The notes under the pieces: model-generated
Told to the model about the DNA's origin: nothing
The model's database searches: none
The model's input: the letters and a program-made list of their open reading frames with translations, nothing else
NCBI GenBank assembly: GCA_964016885.1
Contig: OZ024743.1
Coordinates: 11,966,001 to 12,030,000, forward strand
Length of the DNA stretch: 64,000 nucleotides
Origin: Eledone cirrhosa
Lineage: Eukaryota
Reading direction: 5' to 3'
Made by a program: the position numbers and the translations under genes
In this document: positions 1-12,756 of the stretch, piece by piece
How positions within the stretch are numbered: position 1 is the stretch's first letter
Layout of the letters: the number at the start of each line of letters is the position of its first letter

Positions 1-436
1 AAGTGGCTCGAAATGCCAGGTTTTTCGAGAAGTAATTTGATTGGTTTGTCAATAATTATAATAAATTTCGCGCCAGTTCAGGTTACAATAGTTCTTCAAA
101 TAAGAGGGGGGGGGGGGGCGTTGTCACAGGTTGTTTTTTCATATATGAGTGTTTGAATTTCTTTTTCCTTGAAAAAAGGGGCTCACGAAGGGTTTTTTTT
201 GGTTGGTTATAAATGAAATTATGGCTGTCACGTGAACAAGTTTTCATTACATTTTTGCGCCCTTATTTGGAAATCTATTCTGTAGCCTTTATAGAGAATG
301 TTATGACAATGGAAAGATAGTGGTCAAGAGAAATGGGATTGGGAGAATTGTTCTGGTTCAGTGAATATGGTTAGTTCGCTGGGGTGTCAGAGTTCAGATT
401 TCCTATTGAAGTAAAGATATGTATGTTTATTTGTGT

Positions 437-516
<80 letters not shown>

Positions 517-1014
517 TGTGTGTGTGTGTATGTGTGTATTGGAAGATGATTCTATTAGTAAAAATGGGTGAGGGAGTTGTGTGTGTGTGTATGGGTGTTA
601 TGTGTGTGTGTGCGAGTATGTTAAGATGGAGAGAATATATATTTTGTGTGTGTGTATATATGTGTGTAGGAAAGTGGTTCTATTAGTAGAAATGTGGGAG
701 GGGAGTTGTGGTGTGGGGGTTGTTATGTGTGTGTATGGGTGTTATGTGTGTGGGAGTATGGTTAGCATGTTAAGATGAAGAGAATATATATATATATATA
801 TATATTGTGTGTCTGTGTGTGTGTGTAGGAAAATGATTCCATTAGTAGGAATATTTTTGAATGAACATATTTTCATTACTTATTCGTATTTGTTCTGTTG
901 TATTGTCAGTGCAAACGTATGTTAAGGTTTATTTAGTTCGGGTTTTTATTTTCTAAAGTAGAAGGTGTTATGTGTGTGTGTGTATGTCATATTATGGTCT
1001 TGACATAATGTATA

Positions 1015-4000
1015 TTAAACCATATTTAATGTTGGTCTATATTTTTGAATAAACATATTTTCCTTATTTATTCGTATTTGTTCTGTTGTATTGTTAGCGC
1101 AAAGGTAAAATGGGAAGACTTGGAATTTGGGTGTCTTATTACTTGCGCAAATGTCTAGATATGCACTTAGTGGTATCTGTCTCGTGGTTGGATCTCGTAA
1201 TTGTTGGCGATGAACTGTCATTCTGTTTCTGAGTGTGAGTTTAGTTTGTCCTATATAACCTTCATTGCATCCTTTACATTTAATGGCATAAAATAGATTT
1301 TTTTATGAGCAAGTGAAGTGATTTTTTACAGTAAAATTTTGTCCTGATTTAAATGTATACGTGTTGCCTTCAATGAGGTGAGTGCAGGTTCCACAATTAG
1401 TTCGACCACATTTTTTGATACTTGGTTGTGGGTTTGTGGTAGGTAATTTGGCATTGGTGAGTAATGTTTTCAGTGATTTTGGTTGTCTTTTGCTTTTGAT
1501 TATTTTGTGTGTTTCAAGTGCTTTTTTCATTCTTGGGTTTTGTTTTAGTAGTGGGATGTTCTTGTGAATAGTGTTGTAAGCTTCCGCATTTCTTGGGTTG
1601 TGTGTTGAGATATATGATAGAATATTGGACGTACCTTGAATTTGTTTCTGTTTCCGTAATTCATCAGTGCCTATTGCTTTAGCCCTGTCTATTCCATTAT
1701 TTATTAGTAATAGTGGGTACTCTTTCTCGAGTAGAATTTCCTTTAATTCTTGAAGTCTTTTATTTCGCGTTTCATAATTGGAGACAATTGTGCAAATTCT
1801 TCTTGCTAGGTTAAAAGGAATGTTCGTCTTCGTGTGCTTTGGATGGTTGGAGGTGAATAGCAGATATTGTTTGGAATCTGTTGGTTTGTAGTGTATGTCA
1901 GTTTCGATATTTGTGTCTTTTTTTAAGATTAAAATGTCCAGAAATGGGAGTTGATCTTGGTTGTATTCCATTGTGAATTGGATGTGGTTATTGATGCCGT
2001 TTATTAAGTTTTTGAAATCCTTCAGTTGGTCGAGTGTGTGGGACCAAAGAATGAGGCAATCATCCAAATAGCGTTTCCAATTCTCTGATAAATATTTGTG
2101 GAAGTTCAATCCGTATTTTGATTTGGACTGTTCATATATCTGGACTTCTAAGTATGCCATGACTAAGTTGGCATAAGTTGGAGCGGCTTTTGTACCCATC
2201 GCAGTCCCCGATATTTGCTTGTAAGTATTGCCACCGAAATCAAAAAAGTTGTTCTGTAAGGTGAATTTTAATCCCTCGGCGATGAAGCTCTTTTCTATTC
2301 TGTCAGGTATCTCATTGGAATATTTCTCTAGCCAGAATCCTATTGCTTCTAGTCCGTATTAGTGTGGGATCGTTGTGTAGAGATTCGCTACATCGAAAGA
2401 CACAATAATAGTGTCGTTGTTGACATGTTTGGGTAGGTGGTTTAAGAGGTCCAGATCGTCACTTACAAGGCTTGGTATGTGTTTCAGTATTGGTTTCAGT
2501 AGTATGTCTATAAAGTTGCTCAGTCTGTGTGTTTCACATTGTGGGCCCGCTACAATTGATCTTAATTTAAGGTCTGTGGGGTATTGTGTGTTCACGCAGG
2601 CTGAGGTGGATTGTTTACAGGCATCGTTGATTATTTTACACTTGTGGATCTTCGGAAGTCCATAAAGGTTGCTGGTTTTGTATTCAAAATTTGTTAAATA
2701 ATCGCGTTCCTTTTTAGTTAGGTCTTCCTGGTATCGATAAATCAGTGTGTTTAATTTGGTCATTATTTTTGATTGCTGGTAGTTTTTTACTCTTTCATAG
2801 TAATTAGTATTTTGTAAGAGAGAGAACATAGAATTTTTATATTTTTCAGCCTCCATAATGACAACAGTACTTCCCTTGTCCGCTTCCTTAATTATAATGT
2901 CCGTATTGTTTTTTAGTTCATGGATAATCTCCCATTCCCTTCGACTCGTGTTGGGTTTGGGTTTAGGTTGCCGTAGTTCATGGTATGGGAAGGTAGCTAT
3001 GTGGTCACAAAATTTTTCCAGAACTCTGTTTCTACCTTTTGTTGGGTTGTAGCTGCTTTTATTCCGTGCAATTGATTCGTCGTTATTCTTCTTGTCAAAG
3101 AATTCCTCTGTGAGACGTAATTTTCTACAGAAGTGTGAGATATCGTCATTTATCTCATTGGGGTTAGAGTATTGTGGTGTTGGTGTGAATTTCAGTCCTT
3201 TGCAGAGAATTTTTACTTGTTGGGCTGAGAGGTTTGTATTTGAAAGGTTAATTATTTTCGGTTTTTCAAAATCGGTTTGTGCCACCGGGTGTCGTGAGTC
3301 CTGTAGCCTTGGTCTAAAAAATGATTTTTCTGGAATGTTTTTTCAATGGTATTATTATGTCTAATGGTATTTCCCCTGTTGTTGTGTGGTCTTGTATAGA
3401 AGTTTCGGACGTATTGAGGTTCGGTTTGTTGATAGTCCGGGTTGTAGATTTTGTTCCTTTGTGTGGGTTGGGATCTACGGTTTTGGAACAGGCTCTGTGT
3501 GGGCAGGGGTCTACGGTTTTGGAATAGGTTTTGTGTGGGTTGGGATCTGCGGATCAGGTCCTGCCTTGTGTTCGGGGATCTTTGGTATTTGTTAGTAGGG
3601 TTATAGTTTTGTCTATGGTTTCTGGGATTATCGTTATAGTTTTGCTGGGGGTATGTTGGACGTTTTGTTACTTTTTTTGTATTTGTTGTGCATGTGGTGT
3701 GTGAGTTTTAGTTTGTTTTAAAAATGGGTTACCTGTATGTTGTTCCTTTTTGAAGTCCATTTCGTAGTTGTTGAACCAGGTGGCGTTTTTTCCCATCGCT
3801 GGAGGGATGTTAGTTCTTCATCCTCACAGTTTTCTTTCCAAAGTTTTAGGGGTTTTTTGTAGAGTAGGCCTTCAGAGTGCTTTTAGATTTCTGTGTCCAT
3901 CTGTTGGTCGAGTGACTTGAATTTTTCTTCGTTGGAGTTGGCTCTTAATCGCAACAGTTCTATTTCTGTTTTAAATTTTTCCAATGCCATCTTTTCCCTA

Positions 4001-4452
4001 AGTCTTTATTGGTTTTCTGGTTCATTCGGGATGGGTTTTATTTGGAGTTTTTTTGGGAGGATGATTGGGGTAGAGTTTAGCCACTTTTCATATATGTCTG
4101 CCTTGCCATTATTTTTTAGGAGATTCCAAAGGGCGAATTTGCGGGCTGTGAGCTTTTGAGTCCATATGTTGATTAGGGTGTTTTTCACTGAGTGGACATC
4201 TCGTAGATTGGGTTCTAACGGTTGTTCCAGCTTTTGGAGCATTGCTGTTTCAATGGTTTCGATTAGCTTAGTTAATACTGGAGTAATATTCGTCTCTTGG
4301 GTATCTTCTGTTTCTTCGTGGGGTCCTTTTTTATAGATGTGTATTTGGTCCACTTTGTTGGTCAAAATTGAGACTTTAGAGGAAATCTCTTTGAGTTCAT
4401 TTAAGATGTCCAGGTTCAGTGAGTTGTTGTTTTGTTGAGACTTTGGTGGCAT
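1015..4452 (-). pseudogene. PLE polyprotein (N-terminal region, RT, Cys linker, GIY-YIG endonuclease), disrupted
   Basis: Motifs KIINLS..KGLKFTPTP, ADKG, YGLPKIHK, SFDVANLYTTIPH, AMGTKAAPTYANL, WKRYLDD, LPFLDI, SNHPKH, CGRTNCGTC and YAIKC..C...YIGQT. In-frame stops near 2359 and 1303, plus breaks in 3300-4000. Confidence 0.92.
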
Positions 4453-4619
4453 TTTCGGTCTTCGTGTGGTGGGTATATATTAGAAAGTGAGGTTTTTTTT
4501 ACAAAATGAAAAATAACCGAGGTGTCCTACACGAGTGAAAGTATAAAGAAAAAGAGATGAAATCGAAAATGCAACTGGAGTCTTATTTAAAAAAAAAATA
4601 TATATATATTTATTTGGTT

Positions 4620-4657
4620 CCTTTACCGGTTTCGCAGTTCTTCTGCTTTTCAAAAGG
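4620..4657 (-). ncRNA. Minimal type I hammerhead ribozyme, U3-A8 core variant
   Basis: The minus strand reads CCTT-TTGAAAA-GCAG-AAGAA-CTGC-GAAA-CCGG-TA-AAGG: stem I, core, stem II, GAAA, palindromic ACCGGT stem III and a GUA cleavage triplet. AATAAA follows. This is the expected position in a PLE pLTR. Confidence 0.8.
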
Positions 4658-5687
4658 TGAGTTGAGATGGAGGGTCTGTGGTTTTTCTCACATCTGGTTG
4701 GTCTCTGAATGTTACTTGTTTTATATGGAAAAAGTGGCTCGAAATGCCAGGTTTTTCGAGAAGTAATTTGATTGGTTTGTCAATAATTATAATAAATTTC
4801 GCGCCAGTTCGCGTTACAATAGTTCTTCAAATAAAGGGGGGGGGGGGTTGTCACAGGTTGTTTTTTCATATATGAGTGTTTGAATTTCTTTTTACTTGAA
4901 AAAAGGGGCTCACGAAGGCTTTTTTTTTGGTTGGTTATAAATGAAATTATGGCTGTCACGTGAACAAGTTTTCATTAAATTTTCGTGTCCTTATTTGGAA
5001 ATCCATTCTGTAGCCTCTTTAGAGAATTTTGAGATAAGTGAAAGATAATGGTCAAGAGAAACGGATGGGAGAATTGTTCTGGTTCAGTGAATATGGTTAG
5101 TTCGCTGGGGTGTCAGAATTCTGATTTTCTATTGAATAAAGAAAGTAAAGATATGTATGTTTATTTGTGTGCTTGTGTGTGTGTGTGCGTGTGTGTGTGT
5201 GTGTGTTGTGTGTGTGTGTGTGTTTGAATTTCTTTACTTAAAAAAAAGGTGGCTCACGAAGGCTTTTTTTTAATAAACGTGATTTGATTGGTTATAAATG
5301 AAATTTGGCTGTCACGTGAACAAGTTTTCATTACATTTTTGCGCCCTTATTTGGAAATCTATTCTGTAGCCTTTATAGAGAATGTTTTTGTGTGCTTGTG
5401 TGTGTGTGTGTGTGTGTGTGAGTGTGTGTGTGTGTATGTGTGTATTGGAAGATGATTCTATTAGTAAAAATGGGTGAGGGAGTTGTGTGTGTGTGTATGG
5501 GTGTTATGTGTGTGTGTGCGAGTATGTTAAGATGGAGAGAATATATATTTTGTGTGTGTGTATATATGTGTGTAGGAAAGTGGTTCTATTAGTAGAAATG
5601 TGGGAGGGGAGTTGTGGTGTGGGGGTTGTTATGTGTGTGTATGGGTGTTATGTGTGTGGGAGTATGGTTAGCATGTTAAGATGAAGA

Positions 5688-5722
<35 letters not shown>

Positions 5723-5934
5723 GTGTGTGTGTGTGTGTGTGTGTGTAGGAAAATGATTCCTTTAGTAGGAATATTTTTGAATGAACATATTTTCATTACT
5801 TATTCGTATTTGTTCTGTTGTATTGTCAGTGCAAACGTATGTTAAGGTTTATTTAGTTCGGGTTTTTATTTTCTAAAGTAGAAGGTGTTATGTGTGTGTG
5901 TGTATGTCATATTATGGTCTTGACATAATGTATA

Positions 5935-6823
5935 TTAAACCATATTTAATGTTGGTCTATATTTTTGAATAAACATATTTTCCTTATTTATTCGTATTTG
6001 TTCTGTTGTATTGTTAGCGCAAAGGTAAAATGGGAAGACTTGGAATTTGGGTGTCTTATTACTTGCGCAAATGTCTAGATATGCACTTAGTGGTATCTGT
6101 CTCGTGGTTGGATCTCGTAATTGTTGGCGATGAACTGTCATTCTGTTTCTGAGTGTGAGTTTAGTTTGTCCTATATAATCTTCATTGCATCCTTTACATT
6201 TAATGGCATAAAATAGATTTTTTTATGAGCAAGTGAAGTGATTTTTTACAGTAAAATTTTGTCCTGATTTAAATGTATACGTGTTGCCTTCAATGAGGTG
6301 AGTGCAGGTTCCACAATTAGAGCGACCACATTTTTTGATACTTGGTTGTGGGTTTGTGGTAGGTAATTTGGCATTGGTGAGTAATGTTTTCAGTGATTTT
6401 GGTTGTCTTTTGCTTTTGATTATTTTGTGTGTTTCAAGTGCTTTTTTCATTCTTGGGTTTTGTTTTAGTAGTGGAATGTTCTTGTGAATAGTGTTGTAAG
6501 CTTCCGCATTTCTTGGGTTGTGTGTTGAGATATATGATAGAATATTGGACGTACCTTGAATTTGTTTCTGTTTCCGTAATTCATCAATGCCTATTGCTTT
6601 AGCCCTTTCTATTCCATTATTTATTAGTAATAGTGGGTACTCTCTCTCGAGTAGAATTTCCTTTAATTCTTGAAGTCTTTTATTTCGCGTTTCATAATTG
6701 GAGACAATTGTGCAAATTCTTCTTGCTAGGTTAAAAGGAATGTTCGTCTTCGTGTGCTTTGGATGGTTGGAGGTGAATAGCAGATATTGTTTGGAATCTG
6801 TTGGTTTGTAGTGTATGTCAGTT

Positions 6824-6830
<7 letters not shown>
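5935..6830 (-). pseudogene. Duplicated 3' part of the PLE ORF (thumb + GIY-YIG) within the pLTR
   Basis: Near-identical to 1015-1910, with the same translated fragments and the same stop codon. Confidence 0.9.
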
Positions 6831-6857
<27 letters not shown>

Positions 6858-6889
6858 AGGCGTGTGGCTGAGTGGTTACAGAATATAGT

Positions 6890-7005
6890 GAAGGCGTGTG
6901 GCTGAGTGGTTAGATAATTGGATTCGCAATCGTAAGGTTGTGAGTTCGATTCCTGGACCAGGCGATGCGTTATGTCCTTGAGCAAGACACTTTATTTCAC
7001 GTTGC
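6890..7005 (+). mobile_element. tRNA-derived SINE fragment (second family)
   Basis: A-box-like TGGCTGAGTGG, B-box GTTCGATTCC, then GTCCTTGAGCAAGACACTT. The head is partly duplicated at ~6857-6878. Confidence 0.65.
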
Positions 7006-7618
7006 GATTTGGCGAAAGTCGATCGTTCCTAGATATATATGTAAATATATATATAGCCAGTTTTAAAATCCCTTTTTGGCTTATAAATCTGTGAGAGTCC
7101 TGGTTATCTGGTTGAGCTCTGCTGACGATTGAAATCCAACCGTGACCATCTCCACTGAAAGATTTCATGAAATAGTCTTTAAGACTATACATGATGTTTT
7201 TCCAAATTGAAGGATAAGTATTTTAGACTTTATTTTATCATGAGTTAAGGCTCTATTGATTTTTCCCTGGATTTCACTAAATTCTGTGGATGAATTTATA
7301 TCCTGATTCTCTTTTGAGATGAGTTTGAATTATTTTTCCTACATCTTACGTTAACTATTTTTCCCGTCTTGACGCCATAGTCGCATATATGTTATGGAAT
7401 ACTGTTAGCTTCTCGCTACAACAATTTCTATACCTTTCATTTATATATATATATATATTAAAATAACAGATTAAAGTTTAAGCAAAGAATTGCTGCTTTC
7501 ACCCTTAACTCTAGTGTTCTTATATATTTGACATATATTTATCCTTATCGAGCCCTCTTTGGATTCTACTCTTCACATTTATTATTATTACTATATGTAA
7601 ATATATATATATATATAC

Positions 7619-7727
<109 letters not shown>

Positions 7728-7790
7728 GAGAGAAAGAGAGAGAGAGAACAAAGTCAGAAGAAACGCATATATATTTAAACATAAGTCCAC

Positions 7791-8435
<645 letters not shown>

Positions 8436-8838
8436 TCAATCATTCATTTGAACATAAGAACTTGTGAATATTGACGAGAAGACGAAAGACACATCTTAAC
8501 CGTGCGAAAGTAAGCGAGGAAAGAATTTCGCACGGTGTGGGACGATGGAGGAAGTGAGAGAGAGTGTGAGTAGCAGAGAGTGAGTGAGTGAAAGTGTGAG
8601 AAAGAGGCTAGCCGAGAGAGAGTGACTAGCAGATGGAGTGAATGAAAGTAAGAGGGAGAAAGAGAGAGAAGGGGGAGAGAGAAAGAGGATAGCAGTAAGG
8701 GAAGAGAAAAAGACAGGTCACAGCGAAGGGGAAAGCATATAGGAATGAAAAATGGCGTGCTGTGCTATTGCAAATGTGATATACAAATTAAAATGAAGTA
8801 TCACAAATGCAACAACACAGCACGCCATTTTTCATTCA

Positions 8839-8887
<49 letters not shown>

Positions 8888-9116
8888 CCACATGTGTATG
8901 CGAGTGCGCGCGCGTGTGTGTGTAAACACACAGAGACATTACGCAATCAATTCCAATTATTGCCTTCAGTGATAGCTCTTAGCTTCAAATATTCAATAAT
9001 CCAACTTTAAATATATTCAACTGGAGAAAAACAAGAAAAGAAAAAGAAAACTTTATTCGACTAACATAATTTCTATTCCTTTTTATTTCTTCTTCGTCTT
9101 TTTTGCTTTTTCCTAC

Positions 9117-9148
<32 letters not shown>

Positions 9149-10712
9149 CTTCTTCTTCTTCTTCTTCTTCTTCTTCTTCTTCTTCTCCTCCTCCTCCTCC
9201 TCCGTCTTCCGGTTATCAGACCTGCCGATGTAGTAATTGTCTCTGTAGTTCTATAGAACTAGCCGACCTTCTAAAAATGTGTTTGCTGCACATTTCTTCC
9301 TTGTATTATTTCAATTCATTTGGCTTCTTTTTGATGCCAACAGTGAAAGTCTAATGATATATGTGTTTGAGTTTTCCCCTGTTTTTTTTTCTATTGTTCA
9401 CCATTATTCCTCCATTTTGAATCAGAGTGTTTTAGTATTGTCAGTGTATTGTTGATGTTGTTGTTGCTTGTGTTGTAATTGTTTCTGTATTCAGTGCTTT
9501 TGATGTCGTCTTTTATGTTGTATTGAGATTGAGGAAATGTATTCCACTTTCTTTTATTTTATTTTCATAAATGTCAGCCAAACAGGTTTACTATTTCATT
9601 TCTGAAATAGATTACCAATTTTGGTGAGGTGATTAGTTATAAGGATGGTTAGATGGGTGGGTGATCGTAGTTGAGTGAGATTGTTGGTATATATAATGCT
9701 TCCTTACATTGCTACATTGAGGAAAATACATAGTTGATAGAATTGTTTAACCCACTATAATGGCAGAAGCTTTAGCGCAAATTGCTTTGCGGTAATTATT
9801 TTGGCTCTTTGCATTCTGGGTTCAAATCCAACCGAGCTCTACATTGAATTTCATTCTTTTGGACCTTTAAATAAAATACCAGTCTAGAGCGATGGACTGG
9901 CATGGTTGTTAGAACTTCGGGTTTGATAGATTGTGAAATTTTTCTGGCTCTTTGCGTTCTGAGTTCAAATCCCACCCCATAGCGGATTTGGACTTAATCA
10001 GTTGCTCGGTTTAACAGCACCACCAGCCTCACCACCAGCCTCTTAGGTGACTTTAGCAAAGTCAACTCTGTCTCATTCATTTCAGTATGATCTCGGGCTT
10101 GAGAATATCTTTCTCCTTTTCTTCCATCAGGTTTGGGGCACACTGAAAATGAAACAGGGCACACACTTTCCCTTGACTAAACAGTAAATGATAATTCTGT
10201 TGAATGCAACGACTGGAACACTCATCATCGGGACGGATGGATGTTTAACATTCGTATGTATGTATGTATGTATGTATGTATGTATGTATGTATGTATGTA
10301 TGTATGTATGTATGTATGTATGTATGTTCTTCTGGTTTTATAATTTCACAAATTTTTGCCAATAGATAGAGAGAGAGAGAGTCGGTTTCTAACATAGACA
10401 TAAGACTCTCACATTGGAATTTACACATCTCCTTATAATATATAACCAGCAATTTCTCTGTCTGTCTGTCCGACAGTGGAAACACGTGTGCGCGTGGTTG
10501 CTATCTCTCTCTCTCTCCAGCTATCCCTCTCTTTTAGTCTGTCTGTTTCTCTCACTCTCACTCTTTCTCTTTGTAATACACTAACATTCCTCCCCTCTAT
10601 CGCTGTGACGAATGGGGAGATGGAGGAGGAGGAGGAGGAGAGAGTCACTTCGTCATTTCACCTCTGCCTTTCTTTCTCTCGCCTCTCACTCCCTCATTAC
10701 GTACAGACATTA

Positions 10713-10906
10713 GGGCGGTGGATTGGCAGAATCTGTAGAGAGTCGGACACCATGCTTCATAGCATGGAGTTACGTCCCTTTACGGTCTGAGTTCAAATAC
10801 CGCCGAGGTTAACTTTGCCTTTCATCCTCACGGGGTCGATAAAATAAAGTACCAGTAATGTACTGGATAACTGCTGGCCTTGTGCCAAAAGTAGAAACAA
10901 TTATTA
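10713..10906 (+). mobile_element. tRNA-derived SINE (octopus OK-like) nested in the Helitron
   Basis: GGTGGATTGGCAG head, GAGTTCAAAT B-box, GCCTTTCATCC..GGGGTCGATAAAATAAAGTACCAG core and AGAAACAATTA tail. Many copies in the window. Confidence 0.88.
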
Positions 10907-11023
10907 GAAACATTGCTTCATTTTTACATATCTAAGCATTAGTAAAATAACTAATAATTTCAAAAGTAATTTTTCAATTCCAATTGTTATGAACAGCAAA
11001 ACATTAATAATAATTTTGTTCTA

Positions 11024-11050
11024 AGAAATATATATACATTTCTGTGTGTG

Positions 11051-11095
<45 letters not shown>

Positions 11096-11219
11096 GAAAT
11101 ATATATACATTTCTGTGTGTGTAATATATATATATATACACACAGAAATATATATACATTTCTGTGTGTGTAATATATATATATATACACACACAGAAAT
11201 ATATATACATTTCTGTGTG

Positions 11220-11270
<51 letters not shown>

Positions 11271-11278
11271 GAAATATA
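11024..11278. repeat. Minisatellite of palindromic units separated by (TA)n
   Basis: About 4-5 copies of ACACAGAAAT-ATATATAC-ATTTCTGTGT. Confidence 0.85.
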
Positions 11279-11794
11279 TGGGCATTTCTCTGTTTGTCTA
11301 TCTGTCTGTCTGTCCTTCCCTAAAACTCAAATGTAGGTGCTACAGAAATATTACCTTCCCCTTCCTTTCTCCACTTTGGTACTACCAAGAGAAACACTGT
11401 CGCTATAGAAACATTACCTTCCCCTCTCCACTGACTTTGGTTGCTATAGAGACACCTTGCACAAGCCAGAAGTAACCAGTTCGAGGCGGTTCTGACTTGA
11501 CACCATGCCAAGGACCATTTGAAGATATATTTCCATCGTTATATCATAACGTTTATGTATCATAACTTTTATATTTCCGTCACTAATCTCTTTTTCTCCT
11601 TTTTCGTTTTAACATATATTTATTTCAAAGATTTCACCGTATAGATAACATATATATTTATACATGCATAAAAGACACACCGAGAGACGGTGAACATGTG
11701 GTGCCGAAAACATTTCTCATCCAAATCTCAACAATATCAGTATATACACTAGATTTGCTAGCAGGAAACCGCCCACCGGGTGGATTTCTGCTAG

Positions 11795-12756
11795 TCTACT
11801 TATATATATAACCAGCAATTTCTCTGTCTGTCTGTCCGACAGTGGAAACACGTGCGTAGAGTGAGAGTGAGAGTGAAAGAAAGAGACAGACTACGAGAGG
11901 GGGATAGCGGGAGGGAGAGAGGGAGAGAGAGAGTGAATAGACGCTAAAACACGTGCTACAGAAATATTACCTCCCCCTTCCTTTATAGAAACATTACCTT
12001 CCCCTCTCCACTGACTTTGGTCACTGAGGCCGAGGGAATCGCTGGTTGCTATAGAGACACCTTTCACAAGCCAGAAGTAACCAGTTTGAGGCGGTTCTGA
12101 CTTGACACCATGCGAAGAAGGTTGCCATTGAATTTGTGGTTTGAAGAAGGTTGCCATTGGATTTGTGGTTGTTGCTGCTGATAATAAGAACCATTTGAAG
12201 AAGGTTGCTGCTGACGAGGTAATTTATTAATCAGATTGGGCAGTTCCATAACCTACGTTTGATTTGTTCAATTTTTTTCTTCAATTTTTGTTGTTTTTTT
12301 TTTATTTCTTATTGAAAAAATATAAATAATAAAATAAGGTTAGAAATTTAAATACAATTAAATACGATTTAATTTCCATTTCCAGCAGCCAATGTCCAGT
12401 GTTCAATTTCATGAAAAAATTGGAAATAATTCAAAAAATTAAAGTTTAACTTTTGAACATTTGTTTTGACAATAAAAAATTATTTCCTTATTCACACCTA
12501 ATAGTATGATTACAATTTCATAGGAATATTTTTTTCTAACCGCCAGTTATTTATTTTCTCCTTTTTCGTTTTAACATATATTTATTTCAAAGATTTCACC
12601 GTATAGATAACATATATATTTATACATGCATAAAAGACACACCGAGAGACGGTGAACATGTGGTGCCGAAAACATTTCTCATCCAAATCTCAACAATATC
12701 AGTATATACACTAGATTTGCTAGCAGAAAACCGCCCACCAGGTGGTTTTCTGCTAG
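11795..12756 (+). mobile_element. Non-autonomous Helitron, copy 2 (head-to-tail with copy 1)
   Basis: Starts TCTACTTATATATATAA directly after CTAG. Ends CTAGCAGAAAACC..GGTTTTCTGCTAG followed by a host T. Confidence 0.85.

Larger units (their letters stand above)
1..6830 (-). mobile_element. Penelope-like element (Neptune-like), partial tandem with direct pseudo-LTR
   Basis: 1-1910 is repeated near-identically at 4732-6830. One broken RT + GIY-YIG ORF lies at 4452-1015. The upstream copy is 5'-truncated at 6830 against (TA)n, and the element runs off the left window edge. Confidence 0.93.
10428..11794 (+). mobile_element. Non-autonomous Helitron, copy 1
   Basis: Starts TC after a host A and ends in a hairpin plus CTAG. 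Both termini are shared with 11795-12756. Confidence 0.85.

Noticed and set aside
6890-6962. tRNA gene
   Set aside because: No clean cloverleaf, and it continues into a SINE body. The tRNA-like bits near 37750-37810 and 54045-54110 were rejected for the same lack of structure.
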